This document shows positions 63,612-64,000 of a stretch of DNA of 64,000 nt, piece by piece. The notes under the pieces are model-generated. The model ran no database searches. It saw only the letters and a program-made list of their open reading frames with translations, and was not told the DNA's origin. Source of the stretch: Anthoceros angustus (Eukaryota > Plantae > Anthocerotophyta); assembly GCA_010909165.1 (NCBI GenBank), contig MU008161.1, forward strand, positions 372,001 to 436,000, written 5' to 3'. The first letter of the stretch is position 1, and each line of letters opens with the position of its first letter. Both the position numbers and the translations under genes were made by a program.

Positions 63612-64000
63612 ATAGTACTCGGTCAAAATGACACCCTGGACTACTGGACATAGGTCATTGTTGCCGTACTCTCGTTCGAACATCGTTGCCGTACTCTCGT
63701 TCGAAGGGTGCAAGCAGCTGAAGGCATGCCTATGAGTCCCCGAAGGCCATAAATGCGCATACCCCATGCCACCCCTCCTTGGAGACTATCTTCGGGACAG
63801 GAGGATGTTAATCGTAGAGGAAGAACCCCTCGTGGGAGAAGAAGAGGAAGAAATCTAGTATTTTCCTTTGACTTGGTACTCAACAATTTGTACCAAGGTG
63901 TGCCTAAGCTCCTAGCACCAAGGGCATTCACCCCCTCCAGACATCGAAGTGCAGGATGCTTAACAGCCACGTTCTAATAAATGTGTGTCCATTTTGGCCT

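Overview
Eukaryotic nuclear DNA from a land plant with compact, GC-rich genes and short GT-AG introns; a non-seed lineage is plausible but only inferred. The left half holds six intact host genes: CCDC25, FRA10AC1, GLYR1, RER4, an NHR2-like gene and LHCA4. Two staggered tandem amplifications copy the promoter and 5' end of CCDC25 (2.0-9.0 kb) and of GLYR1 (14.1-25.0 kb). The right half is a nest of retroelements. A Copia RT/RNaseH remnant is followed by an enoyl-CoA reductase (ECR/CER10) gene fragment that is split by a non-autonomous LTR element X (1.7-kb LTRs, about 0.4 kb internal). X in turn carries a full-length Athila-like Ty3/Gypsy element Y with 4.4-kb LTRs. The most unusual observation is that each LTR of Y contains a degenerate accessory (env-like-type) ORF. 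A diverged third homolog of this ORF starts right at the end of the ECR fragment. X and Y share PBS, PPT and the LTR 3' end, which suggests an autonomous/non-autonomous pair. Repeat copies are rich in 1-3 bp indels while unique genes are clean, so some duplications and frameshifts may be long-read assembly artefacts. No database searches were run; identities come from hand translation and recalled family motifs.
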